Source: Trypanosoma brucei
Lineage: Eukaryota
Assembly: GCA_000002445.1 (NCBI GenBank)
Contig: AE017150.2
Coordinates: forward strand, 992,001 to 1,056,000
Direction: 5' to 3'
Length of the DNA stretch: 64,000 nt
The notes below the pieces were generated by a model. That model had not been told where the DNA came from and made no database searches. It was given only the letters and a program-made list of their open reading frames with translations. Numbering within the stretch: position 1 is the first letter of the stretch; every line of letters begins with the position of its first letter. Shown in pieces: positions 61,845-64,000 of the stretch. The translations under genes and the position numbers were made by a program.

Positions 61845-64000
61845 ATGGGGCGGCAGCGAGCATTGTTTCTTTTGGGGCTGTTGCAGCGGCAACACCCTGA
61901 GGCACACAAAAATCTTACCCGTGAGGTTGAGCGTGTGGAAAGGGAGGCCCGAAGCGACGGGGATCTCGTTCGCCTGCGTGAGAGCTGCCGCGTGGTCCTG
62001 CATTTACTCAATGAACACCGAGAGTTCTTGCCGTTCGTTGCTCAGGGTTGTCCATCGTGTCTCTCCGCCGTGTTGTCTCAAGTAGGGAAAGGGGGGATTA
62101 CTGACAACGCTGGTGATGCCGATAGAAACGACGGCGATGAGAGCTGCATGGAAGATATTGACATGCTGCGTCTCGCTGCATTGCTGTCGACGTCAGGGTC
62201 ACCGGTTGATGCCCTCGCCGACGGCGTGAGTAAGAGCCTCGAGCCGATGACGAGGCTCGTGTTTTCAACCAACTCAGAGGTGGGGGAGTTGGCGTTGTCG
62301 TTGCTCGGTCGTGCCGTAAGGCTGTCTGCGGATAGCGAGAGGCTTGCAGGAAGTTTGCTTGGTAACGAAAAATTTTGGGTGAGGTTTGCACGAGCGTTCT
62401 TTGGCGATAGCAGTAGGGCAAATCATCTCGACAAGGAAGCAAGGTTGTGCACTACCTCTTCCCCACCCTCGGTGCTTGCAAGTGTGCTGGGGTTACTGCG
62501 CCGCTGTTGCATGGTGAGTAGGGTGGGGCGCGACGCATCGTTCCGTTCCTTGCTGGTGCGTGTCTGCACCGCTGTTACTTTGAAAAACGATGCGCGCCTG
62601 CGAGAAGAGGCGGTTCTTCTTCTTTACACGCTGCGCATCACCTCCAGTACGGATGAGACTGAATGTTTGCGTGAATGCATTGCGGTGTTGGCCCCAGCCA
62701 CGCCAGGAAGCGAGGATGATTGTGCTAATGTCGCCCGCAACGGGAGTGACCCCGGGTTTGTTGACCGACTGGTGGGTGACCGCAATATTATGTATGCCAA
62801 CTCCCTGATGAATGCCCTCATTTCGTTGCAGAAGAACCAATTTGAAAGCAGCGCCCGTCTTAGGGATCTTGAGCGCATTGCGAAATTGTTGTTCGACCCC
62901 CATGTTCCTTGCGGTGCAGCAGCGGCATTGGTATTGCTTCCTGGTGCCGTGACGTCTGTGTTCGCAGCCGCCAGCGACGTGGAGGAGAAAATCAGTGCTT
63001 TCGCTTGTGCCCTGTTTTCCTCCGCTATTGAGGGTTTGGAGGAGATGTTAAGCTCTCCAATGAACCTTGGCGCAACTGAGCAAGAGGGAGCGCTGAGGGA
63101 ATCTGACATCTGCTCTTACCGAAGATGTTTAGTGGAGGATTTTCTGTCGCTAGGTGGTATGGTTCTGCTGGAGGATCTGTTACTGGACTACAGCAGTGGT
63201 GTGGTTTCCACGGCGACTCGCTTGGTTCGTTCACTGATGCGCTTTTCTAGCGGGACGCGCAACCTCGTACTGGCTTCTAGGTGCTTTCCAAACCTTTATA
63301 AAGCGCTAGAGGGTGTTAGCGGGGAGTCAAATATTTCCGAGTCACTGCGGTGCGGTGCTGAAGACGGCGTTTGCGCAATGCTGCACATAGCACTTGATAC
63401 CTTTTCCCTTCTCGGTAGCGACACTGCATGGGTGCTTCCTGAGTCTGCTGTCGGTTGCGTTAGCATGATTGCCACAGAATCGCGGAACAACGTCAGCGTG
63501 CTTGCCGCAGCACTTCGTACCCTTTCGGTGCTGGCAGCGTCTCACCCCATGGCGGCAACCGTTGTTCTGGACTACGATTACATTAATAGCGTTTTGGGGA
63601 TGGAGGGGGACGCTGCTGTGAACTCTGATGGCGAGGAGGCGAAGGAGCCTTGGGTACTGAATGATACAGATGCTGCGTATATTTGTGGTTCCTTTGACAT
63701 CATGTCGGCAGTAGTTTCGCAGGAACCTTCTTGTGTTACCTTCGAATGGATTGAAACATTGATCATGGCGACAAAGAGGGCGCAGCATTGGCAGGATGAG
63801 GTGCCACGGTTCGCCCGACCACTTTGGAATGTTGTAGTGAAAACTGTTACCATCTCGGAGGAGGGGCGCACGTATCTGTTGGAAGATACCGAGTTTGTTG
63901 ATGTTTTGCTTAATACCATGGCATCGTGCTGCTCGTATATGACTCGTGGCTGCGAAAGCGAGCGTATAAGGCACAGTGCCGAAAATATCGGCACTGACAA
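61845..64000 (+). CDS. 3'-truncated ORF (at least 718 codons, no stop before window end); leucine-rich, probably alpha-helical-repeat hypothetical protein
   Basis: Hand translation from the ATG at 61845 (in-frame TGA at 61836-61838 just upstream) found no stop to position 64000. All minus-strand ORFs across 62098-64000 overlap one another in mixed frames, the usual antisense-shadow pattern. It is absent from the ORF track because no stop lies in the window. Confidence 0.55.
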   Translation, partial: MGRQRALFLLGLLQRQHPEAHKNLTREVERVEREARSDGDLVRLRESCRVVLHLLNEHREFLPFVAQGCPSCLSAVLSQVGKGGITDNAGDADRNDGDESCMEDIDMLRLAALLSTSGSPVDALADGVSKSLEPMTRLVFSTNSEVGELALSLLGRAVRLSADSERLAGSLLGNEKFWVRFARAFFGDSSRANHLDKEARLCTTSSPPSVLASVLGLLRRCCMVSRVGRDASFRSLLVRVCTAVTLKNDARLREEAVLLLYTLRITSSTDETECLRECIAVLAPATPGSEDDCANVARNGSDPGFVDRLVGDRNIMYANSLMNALISLQKNQFESSARLRDLERIAKLLFDPHVPCGAAAALVLLPGAVTSVFAAASDVEEKISAFACALFSSAIEGLEEMLSSPMNLGATEQEGALRESDICSYRRCLVEDFLSLGGMVLLEDLLLDYSSGVVSTATRLVRSLMRFSSGTRNLVLASRCFPNLYKALEGVSGESNISESLRCGAEDGVCAMLHIALDTFSLLGSDTAWVLPESAVGCVSMIATESRNNVSVLAAALRTLSVLAASHPMAATVVLDYDYINSVLGMEGDAAVNSDGEEAKEPWVLNDTDAAYICGSFDIMSAVVSQEPSCVTFEWIETLIMATKRAQHWQDEVPRFARPLWNVVVKTVTISEEGRTYLLEDTEFVDVLLNTMASCCSYMTRGCESERIRHSAENIGTD

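Noticed and set aside
1-64000. Prokaryotic-style systems (operons, CRISPR arrays, defence islands, rRNA/tRNA operons)
   Set aside because: Gene structure, trans-splicing signals, protein identities (SPT6, TDP1, flagellar-type proteins, PTS1) and microsatellite-rich spacers show kinetoplastid nuclear DNA. No CRISPR-like direct-repeat/spacer architecture, SL-RNA, 5S or rRNA sequence was recognised.

Overview
This window is eukaryotic nuclear DNA from a kinetoplastid (trypanosome), not a prokaryotic locus. Every convincing gene lies on the + strand from about 8.5 kb to the window end, as one same-strand polycistronic cluster. Each real first ATG is preceded by a polypyrimidine tract and an AG, the classic trans-splice acceptor context. 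The ORF track starts several ORFs at GTG/TTG, so I moved those starts to the first in-frame ATG. The gene order is:

- three tandem paralogous genes encoding multi-module degenerate kinesin-motor-like proteins with 3, 3 and 1 modules;
- a long-LID adenylate kinase with an N-terminal DPY-30/RIIa-like extension;
- tyrosyl-DNA phosphodiesterase 1, with both HKD motifs;
- a 3075-codon giant repetitive protein;
- an FBPase/SBPase-family phosphatase ending in the glycosomal PTS1 tripeptide SKL;
- an SPT6-like transcription elongation factor (acidic N-terminus, YqgF-like region, Tex-type ARxxQDPL motif, C-terminal SH2-like region);
- a 3'-truncated helical ORF that runs off the window and is absent from the ORF track because it has no stop.

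From memory only, the ADK-TDP1-giant protein-SBPase-SPT6 order and the 3075-aa size recall the FLAM8 region of Trypanosoma brucei chromosome 2. I cannot verify this here.

The most unusual structure is at the left end. Positions 1-5286 are the reverse complement of 5422-10698, a near-perfect palindrome with arms of at least 5.29 kb and a 135-bp unique spacer. I saw only two arm differences (two SNPs) plus a (TA)n length difference. The left arm therefore carries an inverted, window-truncated copy of the first ~730 codons of the first pseudokinesin gene together with its ~3 kb upstream region. Each arm has a telomere-like GGGTTAGGGTTAGGGT block and a (CGCA)n run about 400 bp from the centre.

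Other notable items are extensive intragenic tandem repeats (453-bp, 492-bp and 60-nt units in the giant gene; Y/G/M-rich 33-60-nt units in gene 2), a 9.4 kb ORF-poor but compositionally complex interval at 30.5-39.9 kb, and a 3 kb AT/microsatellite-rich interval downstream of the giant gene. Many listed minus-strand ORFs are antisense shadows of GC3-rich genes or mirror images inside the palindrome and are rejected.
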